From: a virus
DNA: 64,000 bases
Reading direction: 5' to 3' (one strand)
Virus record (IMG/VR): IMGVR_UViG_3300030004_000009
Span: 64,001 to 128,000 of that record
Both the position numbers and the translations under genes were made by a program. This document shows positions 42,285 through 52,139 of the stretch, one piece after another. The notes beneath the pieces were generated by a model. The model searched no databases. It saw only the letters and a list, made by a program, of their open reading frames with translations, and had not been told where the DNA came from. Position 1 is the stretch's first letter. Each line of letters begins with the position of its first letter.

Positions 42285-43874
42285 TTATTCGTTATAAGCG
42301 TTTATAGCATCTACAACAAATTGTAGATCATTTGGTATTAACTGATCTTTAAAACAATCCATAGGAGTTTTTGCAGTAGTAGTACCGTCATTTTGAGTTT
42401 CAAAATAATAACCTACCTTATCAGAATCTTCCTCACGTACTATTTTAGTAAAGAACACATAAGTAAACAAACCTTCAATACTGATCGCATTATCTAGTAA
42501 TTTCATAATTTTTGAATAAGCTTTTCTTGGTGTCGTCAACACACTTATTCTCCAGTGTTTCCACTGGTATGGGTCATATCTTTAAATTCGTTATAATCCT
42601 CCAAATACATCCATTTATAACCGGCAGACTTTTTAAATTTCCCTTGGCAACATCTCATTAAAGAACTTGAGTCAACACTATAAAATCTAGCAGGATCTAT
42701 AATACATTCCCACTCTTTTATAAACTCTAAAGTTTTTAAATCTAATTGTACTACCTTTCTACCTTGATTCTTTACTACTACAGCTCTTATATTAGCTTTA
42801 GCTGTATCTGATTTAGGTATACCTTTTAGTAATTTAGAATGTCTCTCTTTAAATTCATCAGTTCTCTTTTGTCCTCTGTTAGCAGCAGCTCTTTTTTCAA
42901 TACTTTCTGCTGAGAAAACTTGTCCTTTATTGCCATCTCCACCATTAGTTAGATTGGTAAGTCTGAATCCCCAAGCTCTAAATTGAGCTATCCAGTAACT
43001 TTCTAACCATTCCCAATCATCTGTACTCTCTATAGAATCGAGAAGTTCTATTTTAGGGAATAAATCTAATTTGAGTAAAGATTGAATCCAATTACAATTG
43101 TGATTTTTATATCTCTTAACTCTGGCATCAGAAATGTGGTTAGTTAATCTTTGGTTTAACGTACGGGATGTTTTACCGATATATCTGATTTCATTGGTTC
43201 TGGGATCGCTTAGCGTATAGATATTAATCATAACGCAAAGATACGAATTTATCTACTGTTTTGCAAATTTATTTTAACATTTAAATTCACTACTTCCCGT
43301 CAAGGGAATGACCTCCACACACGCCTGGGATTAATCCCTGCTTGGCTCGGTATTGCCATATCCATAGGACTTAGGTTTCACCGAATTAAATAGATACAGG
43401 CAATTACTTACCAATAGTCTTGAACTTTCTTTGTGGATTTAAAACATCGCCAACATTCTCTTCATGACCAAATACAAAAATCTTTAAATCTTCTCTTAAA
43501 TCAGATGCTGTAGATAAGATATTATAGAATTCAGATGCCATCTCAGTAAAACGACCATAGCCTTTATCGTTAATCTTATCCATATTACTAAAGGCCATAA
43601 CATAACCAGCGTCATCTAAGATAACTTGTTTAATATCAGGACGCTTTTGATCAATATACTTCAAGACTTGAACTATATTACCACTTTTAGAAGTATTTAA
43701 AAGATTACCTTTTTCCTTATCTACTGTAAAGGAGTGATAATTCTTCTTATAACCTTTTATTGGAAGTGGTTTCTTTGCAACATTTATAATAAAGGTTTCT
43801 TGTGGATCTAGAGTACGAATACTTGATGACTTGCCTGTTCCTGGAGGCCCAATTACAGCGATTAATTCACTCAT
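42285..43874 (-). CDS. AAA_24/Sak4-like ATPase, two exons (43874-43410 and 42503-42285; 227 aa spliced)
   Basis: GPPGTGKS, ILDD and GH motifs; splicing gives KTIG|KLLDN..IEGLFT...AKTP. Confidence 0.85.
42545..43231 (-). CDS. intron-encoded GIY-YIG endonuclease
   Basis: IYTL.DP...RYIGKT...R...H...E..WI...LTN...GG; NUMOD-like tail. Confidence 0.9.
   Translation of the reverse strand: MINIYTLSDPRTNEIRYIGKTSRTLNQRLTNHISDARVKRYKNHNCNWIQSLLKLDLFPKIELLDSIESTDDWEWLESYWIAQFRAWGFRLTNLTNGGDGNKGQVFSAESIEKRAAANRGQKRTDEFKERHSKLLKGIPKSDTAKANIRAVVVKNQGRKVVQLDLKTLEFIKEWECIIDPARFYSVDSSSLMRCCQGKFKKSAGYKWMYLEDYNEFKDMTHTSGNTGE
43236..43275 (-). promoter_or_regulatory. Bacteroidota-type promoter inside the intron
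   Basis: AAAATAAATTTG-N20-TATCTTTG, 4 nt before the ATG. Confidence 0.8.
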
Positions 43875-43932
43875 TTACATTTAACATATTTAATTAACTT
43901 TGTCGATCTTGTCTTTAAGGTTAATCTCTATA

Positions 43933-46027
43933 TTAAAATCTCATTTTAAAATTAACTGGAGTAGGTTTAACTTCTACTTCTTTCTTTGGTGGTTGTAAGT
44001 GAAGGAACTGTTCCATATCATTTTCTTGTAAACTCCTTGGTTCAGGCATTTCACGCCATAGTCCAATACTTCCAAAGAAATTAAGACCTATACTTTTATC
44101 ACTTTCTCCAAGTCTAGCTTTTAGTACTTGAACTGCTCGATAATGATTTTTAAGTATACGTATGTTATAATCTTTATGTGAAGTCATCTTCTCTCTCCAA
44201 GGATGAAATATTGCAAGAACAACTTCTGCGTCTTCTGAAGGTCCACCACTATCTTTAATATCACTAAGTTCTATTTCCTGTCTACTCTCTTTAACACGAA
44301 GCATATTAGCTTGACCTCTATTAATTTGAAGTAAAACTAAAGGTGAATAAGCGCATTTATTCCTAAATCGTAAAAGATATTTTGATGTTAAATCCATAGC
44401 ATCTTTTTTAGTCTGACCCTGTAATAAGTTAATCAAACCTAAGTGATCGACAACAATAAGAACAAGTTCATCCTTTATGTACGGTTCGTACACATCACTG
44501 TATTCACCTTCTATAAATGTACCATGGCTCTTAGAGTACTCACTTAATGAAGCATAGATACCTGATGAAGATACATTCTTGTCTACTATTAGAAGTTGCT
44601 TCTCAAACTGTTCTAGCCAAGGCTCACAACTTTCAACAAGTGCCAAATGTTTATCAGATAAAATTTCCTGTCTTGACATAATCTGCTTATAGCTTAACTC
44701 CACTCCATAAGTCTCAAAGATATGTAGAGATAGTATTTTTGCCATTAATATTTCACCTGTCATTTCAAGAGAGTAGTAAACTACTCTATATCGCATATCA
44801 CCTAAATGATCTGCAATTAGACGATAAACGTAACTATATAACGCTAGTGTTGTTTTACCAGCATTTGTGTTCAATAGAATTCGTTAATTTCTATCTGTTA
44901 TTTTATAACTACTATATATCACTATATAGATCAGACTATATCTTCATCTTTCGATGTCCCCCGTTTCGAATCACTTGATTCTACGCTTTTCAGCTAGTCG
45001 TTACACCTTCATCTTTCGATGCTTGGCTCGGTATTGTCTCAGCCTTGAGATCGTCCACCGAATTAGAGGGATTTATACTGAGCCTACTTATTTCGTAAAC
45101 TCCTTGATATAATGTCTTCTTTTTAAGAAAGTAATCAAAGGTTGATACACTACAATTAAAATATCTAGCAAACGCAACTCTACTTTCAATTTCTATGGCA
45201 CTATTGTCACGAATATCTCTAACTAATACAGCAGTCATGTTCTTTCTTTTTGGTGCTTTAAACTCACCAACTTTAGACCAGACAAATCCTTTATAAGATT
45301 GAATTCTATCTTGTTTACAAGCTTCATGAATTTTCTTTTCCATATTAGATATATTACCTTCAAATTGCTTAGCTGCATCTGTTACCGCATCCCAAATTTT
45401 ATAAGTTGTACCATCTAAGTTAAACTGCCATACTTTAGTAATCGCAGTTCTCTTAATTTCACCACTCTTATATTTAGCTTTGAGAGTATCAGATATTTTA
45501 ACTTTCATTTCTTCAGTGATCTCACAATCAATAACATTTTGAACTACGTTAAATTCTGGTTTAAGTTTATTAATCCAGTGTTGTTCTCTTTCAAAACGTT
45601 CATCCTCCTCACAATACTCCATAATTTCTATAATGAATGATTCTTCACCATATTTATTAAAAGAGTTCTGTAAGTTTTTATTGTCATGTGTATTACTTTT
45701 TAGATCTGACTTATGTCTGTGTAATCTATAATATATTGATTTTGAAGAACCAATATATCTTTTACCATTGTTTTTGCAGGTTATTTTATAAACACCTGCT
45801 TTTCTTTCTGTACTTATGTCTATTTGCATAGACAAAGATACGAATAATTATTGGAATTTGCAAATTTATTTTGAATTTAACCCAGTACCTCCGCAAATTA
45901 TAGAATATGTCTGACGTTGTATTCCATCCATTAAAGCCTCAAGACGAGGCAAACCCATTGATAAACCTTTATTTAGGCCAAGTATTCCACGCTTGACCAT
46001 ATTGTACATACGTTTTATAAAACTCAT
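43933..46027 (-). CDS. dnaB: DnaB-like replicative helicase, two exons (46027-45880 and 44861-43933; 358 aa spliced)
   Basis: Exon 1 (not in the ORF track) is MSFIKRMY...GLSMGLPRL...IICGGTG. Splicing restores Walker A GGTGSGKT. Exon 2 has SLEM, VDH, QINR and DSG..EDA. Confidence 0.9.
44990..45829 (-). CDS. intron-encoded GIY-YIG endonuclease
   Basis: AGVYKI...YIGSS...R..H...EQ.WI...FN; likely start is the ATG at 45829. Confidence 0.9.
   Translation of the reverse strand: MQIDISTERKAGVYKITCKNNGKRYIGSSKSIYYRLHRHKSDLKSNTHDNKNLQNSFNKYGEESFIIEIMEYCEEDERFEREQHWINKLKPEFNVVQNVIDCEITEEMKVKISDTLKAKYKSGEIKRTAITKVWQFNLDGTTYKIWDAVTDAAKQFEGNISNMEKKIHEACKQDRIQSYKGFVWSKVGEFKAPKRKNMTAVLVRDIRDNSAIEIESRVAFARYFNCSVSTFDYFLKKKTLYQGVYEISRLSINPSNSVDDLKAETIPSQASKDEGVTTS
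45833..45872 (-). promoter_or_regulatory. Bacteroidota-type promoter inside the intron P1 loop
   Basis: AAAATAAATTTG-N20-TATCTTTG, 3 nt before the ATG. Confidence 0.8.
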
Positions 46028-46656
46028 TAAATATCCTCTAATGTGTTAACGCGTACAATAAACTTACCAATCTCACCACTCTCCATCATTCTTATATGAT
46101 CTTCCCACTTTCTAGTTATTACATATTCAGGTATCATATAATTGATTAATTCATTCTCTTTAGCCCACTCCAAACTCTCCATAACCTTTTTATGAGTCTC
46201 TGGATCATTTTTAATAGCTTTACCATAAGCAAAGAAGAAGTCTTCAAGTGAAAGGAACCCTCCGCGTGTTATGTTCTTAGCAGGGAGTAATTTGTCAGTA
46301 GAACTCTGTAGAAAGTCACAATATGCATACCACAGTTCTCTTCCTGCTTCTTGACTCTCTTTAAAATAATACTTAATAAAGGTATTATTCCACTCAACTG
46401 CTTCAAGATCAAAGTCTTCACCCTCTTTAGGAATCTTATAGCTTTTAGCTAGAATATTCTTATCTTTTAATATTTGGAGTGTATCTCGTGGTAAGCTCTT
46501 CTTAGCACACTCAGTAAAGTATTTATACATATACTCTGGATGCGGTTCGTCTTCAGTTGCAAGGAATAATAGCTCTATAAAAAGCCACTGTTCTGCATCT
46601 AATCCGTACTTACTCATTATAAGGAGTTTTCTTTCTAACTCAATAGATAACTTCAT
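46027..46656 (-). CDS. putative replication initiator / helicase-loader-like protein
   Basis: lies between the SF2 helicase and dnaB; ELW..Y...Y..AI...H..V...L.WA pattern. Confidence 0.45.
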   Translation of the reverse strand: MKLSIELERKLLIMSKYGLDAEQWLFIELLFLATEDEPHPEYMYKYFTECAKKSLPRDTLQILKDKNILAKSYKIPKEGEDFDLEAVEWNNTFIKYYFKESQEAGRELWYAYCDFLQSSTDKLLPAKNITRGGFLSLEDFFFAYGKAIKNDPETHKKVMESLEWAKENELINYMIPEYVITRKWEDHIRMMESGEIGKFIVRVNTLEDI

Positions 46657-47874
46657 TTAAAATCTAAATAAGAATTGTTTCTCTTTATGTATTTTATCTG
46701 TTATTTCACCTGTTTCTAAGAATTGAGTGAGTTGTGCTTCATTAATAGTTTTATACTTTAAACCACCTGAGCTTTTACGGAACCATTCCTCATCAACGGT
46801 ATTCCGAATTATGAGTTGCCAAAGTTCTGCAATTTGTTCATCTTGCTTCCTAAGTGCTCTACCTACAGCTTGTCGTTTAGTAATAGATGAAGAGTCTCCT
46901 GATAGAATAATAGCTACATTAACACCTCTAATGTCTGCACCAACCGTTAAAGCTTTGCAACTATTTAGTACGCCAGTATGAGCTTCATTAAAAGCTTCCA
47001 TCATTTTCTCCTTTTTCTTCTTCGTTATCTTACCATGATAGATATCACCACAACAAATTTGTTGAGCATGTTCTACTGTTTTAGTAAATGTAATGATTTT
47101 CTTGTCTTTACGAGCATTTATTATCTGATTTGCAACCTCTATTTTCTTAGGGTGGTCATAGATAAAGCTTTTTCTGGCTTTCATTGCTCGTAGAAATCCA
47201 AGACCTGCAATCATCACATCTTTATTCTCCATTCCATGTTCTCTTGCCCATCTAGCTCGGTATTCCCAGTTAGTTGCACAAGCCATTGCATCATTAAAGT
47301 CGAAACCAAAGTAACTAAAATAGTGAAGAAATTTAGTATTCTCTTTATTATATTCTGTTAAGTCTACATCAAGAAATACCTTGTATTGTTGATAATCAGA
47401 AATCCAACCGTTCTTTATGGCTTCTTCTAAAGTAATAGTATCACAAATTGGTGCGTACTTCAACAGTACTTGTTCCTTACCATCTAAACGGTCAATAGTT
47501 CCAGTTAATCCTAAAAGTAACTTATATTTGACTTTCTCAAAGATCTGAACAAACGTATCAGCTGCCATACCATGGATTTCGTCTAGAACCAGTAGATCAT
47601 AAATACTTTCGTTCTTAACTGCTGTATTGATTACAAGTACCTTTACATTACTGCTAAGTTTCCAGTTATTAAGTTGTAACACCCATTGCCCTAAAAGATA
47701 ATCTGTCGGTACTACTACTAAAACTTTATAATTAGGTCTTTGTGTTAATATCCTAGATATAATCTTAAGCGCTACAGTTGTTTTTCCGTACCCGGTCGGA
47801 TAGAGACAGGTACATTTACCACCTCCTTTCTTCCACTTCTCAATTCCAAGTGCCTGACGCTCATCTCTTGTCAA
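46657..47874 (-). CDS. superfamily 2 helicase
   Basis: PTGYGKT, DEIH, LTGT, GAD and Q..GR.LR motifs. Confidence 0.9.
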   Translation of the reverse strand: MTRDERQALGIEKWKKGGGKCTCLYPTGYGKTTVALKIISRILTQRPNYKVLVVVPTDYLLGQWVLQLNNWKLSSNVKVLVINTAVKNESIYDLLVLDEIHGMAADTFVQIFEKVKYKLLLGLTGTIDRLDGKEQVLLKYAPICDTITLEEAIKNGWISDYQQYKVFLDVDLTEYNKENTKFLHYFSYFGFDFNDAMACATNWEYRARWAREHGMENKDVMIAGLGFLRAMKARKSFIYDHPKKIEVANQIINARKDKKIITFTKTVEHAQQICCGDIYHGKITKKKKEKMMEAFNEAHTGVLNSCKALTVGADIRGVNVAIILSGDSSSITKRQAVGRALRKQDEQIAELWQLIIRNTVDEEWFRKSSGGLKYKTINEAQLTQFLETGEITDKIHKEKQFLFRF

Positions 47875-49865
47875 AACAATAGCTGTTGTCTTGGTTCTAA
47901 CTTTTCTATAATCTCAGTTGCTTGTCTTATATAGTATTCATATTGTATATTATAATCAACCATTGGTTTTTCTTCATACTCGTTAAATAGTGTAACTCCA
48001 TAACCTTTAAGTACACTTTCAGGTTTCTTAACTGTTATGGTGCTATTTGATCTCTCATCGAATTTATCTTTAGTCTTAATTTTATAGAGATAAGCTCCTT
48101 TTTTTGAGACATAGAAGCGGTTAATATGCTGCTGTAACTCTTGGTTATGCATTACTTCGTACTGTTTACCAACCTTCTGAAATATAATGAAATCCCATAT
48201 ATTATCACAACCTAAGATTGTCTGTTTAATTGGTATACCTTTACCAAAGTAATCAATAAGAGCCTTGGGTACTATTAAGCTATCTAAGCCTTTACCAAGT
48301 CTAAGATATGGTATAAAGAACCCTTTAGTTTTAATATACTTATCAATTAATAGAGCGTCTTCTGTAGATTTAACAAAAGTATAATTATACTCTATCCAAT
48401 TAGTTGGATAAGGCCATACTAGTTTGTCTTTAACTTCGAAGTAACCTTTCTTATAGGCTACATAATCATTGACTCCAGTAATTACCATTTTTTCGTATTC
48501 TACAAATTCTAAATCAATCTTAGTTAACTTTTCCCATTCTTTACAAATTTTATAATAAGTGTCGACTTTAGATTTATGTATATATACACTACAACCATCT
48601 GTATTAGATTGTATGACTTCTATACCTGCCAATTCAAGTTTTTCAATAAGTATTGCTAAGAATAGTTGACCATTTACACAAATAGCTGTATTAGCTTCTG
48701 GTGCAAAATAAGGACTATATTCATTACGGAGATTTCCTAATATTGAGTTTAAACTCAATTTCATTGACTTATCCTTAACTTTATTACCACTCTTCTTAGC
48801 TTCAATACGACCATCTCTTAATTTAGACATTACGTGTAAGAAAGCTTCTTTAAATCCTTTAGGACCAAACTCCCATGCTATACAGACTGCTGGGTACATT
48901 GAACTTACATCAAGATCGAGAATAAGCCATTCACCATTATCAGAACTCTTATAAATATTAGGTTGATTTTGAGAATGTAACCCACCAATACCAAATGTAT
49001 GTCTTAATTTTCCACATAAAGCAGTAGTACTCCATTCTTTAATATTAGTTTGACCTTTATCATCAAGTATTAAATTATTAAAATCTTTTAAAACATCTTG
49101 AAATGGTTTTGTCTTAAACTTAATATTAGGAAGTATAAAATCCTTAACAGGTATTGTAGTGAAATTATCCATATAACTATAGAGTTGCTTCTCATTATAG
49201 ATACCTAACTCTTCACATATATACTTACTAAAGATAGCAACTCCTACTGCTACAGGATCCTTCGACAGACAACGAATTTTAAATTCCTTTTGAATATCCA
49301 TTCGTAACTTTATGTCACTTATTAGAAGATGATACAATTCAGCAGTACTATCAATATCATTAAAACAATACTTAATAACATCGTCAATACGATCAACTTC
49401 AATTGGTTTAGACCAATCAATCATCATTTCCTTAACATTTCTAAAACACATAGTTACTTGTAGACTCTTTAAACTAGTTCTAAGATTCTTAGAGCTCATC
49501 ATAGTCATTAAGTCTATATATTTAAAATAGTTAAGAAATGCATATTCATATGCTGCCTGTCCATCATGTCTTACAATCTGAGATGATAGCTTATGTGCAG
49601 CATTAGTTAATAAAGAATAGTCACCTTGTAAGAAGTAAGAAATGTTTTGTATTATCATATTCATAATTGGAGTATCATACATACCACAATTATAACCTAT
49701 AAATGTATACTTATTAGACATAAAGAAATCATACATCTCTTGAAGTTGATTCTTACGCTCACTTATCTCAAATGTTATATTATCTTTTTCACCTATTACT
49801 TTACAGCAACAGATGAAGCAGTTTGAAAAAACTTCCTCATCAAACTCACAAGGTTTACGTGCCAC
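47871..49865 (-). CDS. polB: family B DNA polymerase
   Basis: Exo motifs DEE, YN..YD and Y..ND; polymerase motifs DVSSMYP, K..LNS..G, NTDG and VNDY. Confidence 0.9.
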   Translation of the reverse strand: MARKPCEFDEEVFSNCFICCCKVIGEKDNITFEISERKNQLQEMYDFFMSNKYTFIGYNCGMYDTPIMNMIIQNISYFLQGDYSLLTNAAHKLSSQIVRHDGQAAYEYAFLNYFKYIDLMTMMSSKNLRTSLKSLQVTMCFRNVKEMMIDWSKPIEVDRIDDVIKYCFNDIDSTAELYHLLISDIKLRMDIQKEFKIRCLSKDPVAVGVAIFSKYICEELGIYNEKQLYSYMDNFTTIPVKDFILPNIKFKTKPFQDVLKDFNNLILDDKGQTNIKEWSTTALCGKLRHTFGIGGLHSQNQPNIYKSSDNGEWLILDLDVSSMYPAVCIAWEFGPKGFKEAFLHVMSKLRDGRIEAKKSGNKVKDKSMKLSLNSILGNLRNEYSPYFAPEANTAICVNGQLFLAILIEKLELAGIEVIQSNTDGCSVYIHKSKVDTYYKICKEWEKLTKIDLEFVEYEKMVITGVNDYVAYKKGYFEVKDKLVWPYPTNWIEYNYTFVKSTEDALLIDKYIKTKGFFIPYLRLGKGLDSLIVPKALIDYFGKGIPIKQTILGCDNIWDFIIFQKVGKQYEVMHNQELQQHINRFYVSKKGAYLYKIKTKDKFDERSNSTITVKKPESVLKGYGVTLFNEYEEKPMVDYNIQYEYYIRQATEIIEKLEPRQQLLF

Positions 49866-50729
49866 TTATAAAGTTATACCTTTAAATTCAGCTACTTCTT
49901 TAATCTGTGTTACTCGTTCTTCCCATTGTTGTATGTGAAACATTATATCATCCTCAAGAGCGAATAATATTATATTTCTTAAAGTGCGAAGTTGCTCAGT
50001 TGTAAGTTCATTATAATAACGTGATTTAAGGGTCATCATAGCACGAAGTTGTGTATAACTTAAACCTTTAGCATCGAGTTTAACTCTCATATGATCAACT
50101 ATATTAAGACGTTCACGAATAACCTCAATATAATTACGTTTAATTCTATTACCTCTATCATCAAGATCATATTCTATAAGGTCTTGTTCTTCTTCTTCAT
50201 TTATCTTTAAACCTTGTTTAAGTATAAATGTAAGTGTAATATGAGATTTGTCAAACTTACCTAGACGTTGCATACAACCTTCTTGTACTAACTTTATAGG
50301 TAAATCTTCAAACTGAGAACTCACTTTAATAAAGTCTTTAAGAGTATATTTTTTAACTTGATCATTTGTAATACCACTAAACATAATAGTTTTCTTAATG
50401 TTTTCTAAGATACTATAACGTGATATATTTTGTGATTCTGATTCACGTAGGTAAAGCTCAACCCCACATCTATCTTTCTGTGACTGTACAATATCAAGTA
50501 AAGGGCGTCTTCCAGGATTTTGCCTATCTTGATTGTACAACATAGAGATACAATGTTGATAGAACCGACGAAGTTGTTCCTCTGTTGCATCTGCTAATGC
50601 AACTATTTCTTGTGTAAAGTTCCCAGAAGCATCCTTCTCCTTCTTACCTTTCCAAATGTAATTTTTTGTAAAATAGCTACCTTGTTCAATTGCCATTTCT
50701 AATTTTTCCCCAAAAGCTGTCTCGCTCAT
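49866..50729 (-). CDS. conserved crAss-like hypothetical protein
   Basis: WKG.K...HC.SML.N...NPGR...HITL.FI..QG. Confidence 0.55.
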   Translation of the reverse strand: MSETAFGEKLEMAIEQGSYFTKNYIWKGKKEKDASGNFTQEIVALADATEEQLRRFYQHCISMLYNQDRQNPGRRPLLDIVQSQKDRCGVELYLRESESQNISRYSILENIKKTIMFSGITNDQVKKYTLKDFIKVSSQFEDLPIKLVQEGCMQRLGKFDKSHITLTFILKQGLKINEEEEQDLIEYDLDDRGNRIKRNYIEVIRERLNIVDHMRVKLDAKGLSYTQLRAMMTLKSRYYNELTTEQLRTLRNIILFALEDDIMFHIQQWEERVTQIKEVAEFKGITL

Positions 50730-50730
50730 C

Positions 50731-51063
50731 TTATAGTGTATATAATAAAACCTCTCTCAATTTATCTAGTATATCTTTTACATATTTGCTATCAAATTTC
50801 TTCTTAGCAAATTCAATATCATCTGTCCATGATATAGATTCTATATTGTTTATCTTAGCATATGATTTACAACATAGCTTACTGTGTTCTATCTCAACCA
50901 AATTATTGATACCTACATTATCTGTTGACGTTATAGGTACAACTAACCAATCATAAGGTACACCTACTTTATTAGTAAAGATGTGTATACATATGTATGG
51001 TCTTTTCTTTGTTGTGTCATTCTTATCCTTTATGAATAAGAGATTACCGACCTCTGCTTTCAA
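50731..51063 (-). CDS. PemK/MazF-like endoribonuclease fold protein
   Basis: G...KKRPYICI...VVPITS...SYA...I.SI pattern. Confidence 0.65.
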   Translation of the reverse strand: MKAEVGNLLFIKDKNDTTKKRPYICIHIFTNKVGVPYDWLVVPITSTDNVGINNLVEIEHSKLCCKSYAKINNIESISWTDDIEFAKKKFDSKYVKDILDKLREVLLYTL

Positions 51064-51186
51064 TGTTCTTCTCTCCTATTACAGGCAATGAACTGGTTAA
51101 TACTGATGTTTACATTACTCAATGTATTTTATGTATTTTGTTTATCATCATTAAATAAATGTTTAGATTGCTGTTATACAGCTTTA

Positions 51187-51528
51187 TTAAGAAACTTTTA
51201 ATGTATTACTACTAGTTACAAAACCATTAGTTAATACATGTGTAATAGGGACAAAACTCAGAAAGTAAATAGCTGTATAGCTGTACAGTTTATATGTTTG
51301 AGCTTGATTACACCAATAGGTGTCTTTACCTGCTTCAACATACTTATAAGTTACAAATCCTTCTTGCATGGGTATTATTTCTTGACTATTCCAATTAGGA
51401 CACTTAGTCATAGTTATAAATTGATGCTTTCGATTTGTAAATAATAGATCTTCAAATACGTATTTAACATACGATCCTTCATCTAATCTTCCAACTAATC
51501 TTGCTTTAATACACTGTTCTTGTTCCAT
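51187..51528 (-). CDS. conserved phage protein (OB-like)
   Basis: YVFEDL...PNW...G...V.AG.D.Y. Confidence 0.5.
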   Translation of the reverse strand: MEQEQCIKARLVGRLDEGSYVKYVFEDLLFTNRKHQFITMTKCPNWNSQEIIPMQEGFVTYKYVEAGKDTYWCNQAQTYKLYSYTAIYFLSFVPITHVLTNGFVTSSNTLKVS

Positions 51529-51601
51529 TCAATCCTCACTCCATTATGTTAGATTAAAAGGTGAAGCTTAACGGAGTAAAAACTCCACCTTAATTGTTAT
51601 C

Positions 51602-51796
51602 TTAATTTAAAAGCCTTCTGCTTTTGATCCATTTTGTTGCCATGTGAAGAGTATAACAAATTGCTACTATCACAAATATTACTACTAATATAAAGATATA
51701 GAGCATCACTTTAAGTAAGAAGTACACTAATACAGCTAGTACTATAGCTATAATAATCGATAGGAGAATTACTCCTATAGTTTTAATTATTTTCAT
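51602..51796 (-). CDS. small membrane protein
   Basis: long hydrophobic stretch. Confidence 0.55.
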   Translation of the reverse strand: MKIIKTIGVILLSIIIAIVLAVLVYFLLKVMLYIFILVVIFVIVAICYTLHMATKWIKSRRLLN

Positions 51797-52139
51797 ATCT
51801 TGGTTTTAATTTTTGTTTTTCTCTTATTTTGATTATAGCTTCAGGTAGAGAGATCCTACTTAATTCTAATTGTTTACAAACTTCTAGATTCTCTCCAAAA
51901 CATGTACACAAAGCTGCTAAAGTAACTATAACTCCACCAACTTCTTGATAAACTTCACCTACTGGTCTATTGTATACATAATCAACCAGCTTTAATACAG
52001 TTTCTCTAGATAGACCAGTTGATTGTACAAGTTCTATAGCTTCTTCAATGAATCTCTGACCTCTCTCATGTTTATCAAATAGAATCTCTTCTCCAAAACA
52101 CTCTATAACCCAATTGTTAACTTTAGTTTGAAAGCTCAT
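51783..52139 (-). CDS. MazG-like NTP pyrophosphohydrolase
   Basis: ER..RFIEEAIEL...GE..QEVGGV..TL (EExxE...ExxG). Confidence 0.7.
   Translation of the reverse strand: MSFQTKVNNWVIECFGEEILFDKHERGQRFIEEAIELVQSTGLSRETVLKLVDYVYNRPVGEVYQEVGGVIVTLAALCTCFGENLEVCKQLELSRISLPEAIIKIREKQKLKPRYENN

Larger units (their letters stand above)
42504..43409 (-). mobile_element. group I intron in the Sak4-like ATPase gene
   Basis: 5' exon ends in U. P1 UAUUGGU/GCCUGUA. P10 AGUAAUU pairs with exon-2 AAUUACU. Core AAUUCGGUGAA...AAUACCGAGCCAAGC, P7 GGUCA/UGACC, terminal G. Confidence 0.9.
44862..45879 (-). mobile_element. group I intron in dnaB with the endonuclease ORF in the P1 loop
   Basis: Exon end UACUGGGU pairs with GCUCAGUA at 45083-45076. 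Core AAUUCGGUGGA...AAUACCGAGCCAAGC, P7 GACUA/UAGUC, terminal G at 44862. Confidence 0.9.

Noticed and set aside
43933-44874. ORF-track starts for exon-2 fragments (44874, 42542, 14514) and read-through tails of exon 1
   Set aside because: These fall in intron sequence; splicing gives better motifs (GSGKT, IGKLLD, KLDGIR).
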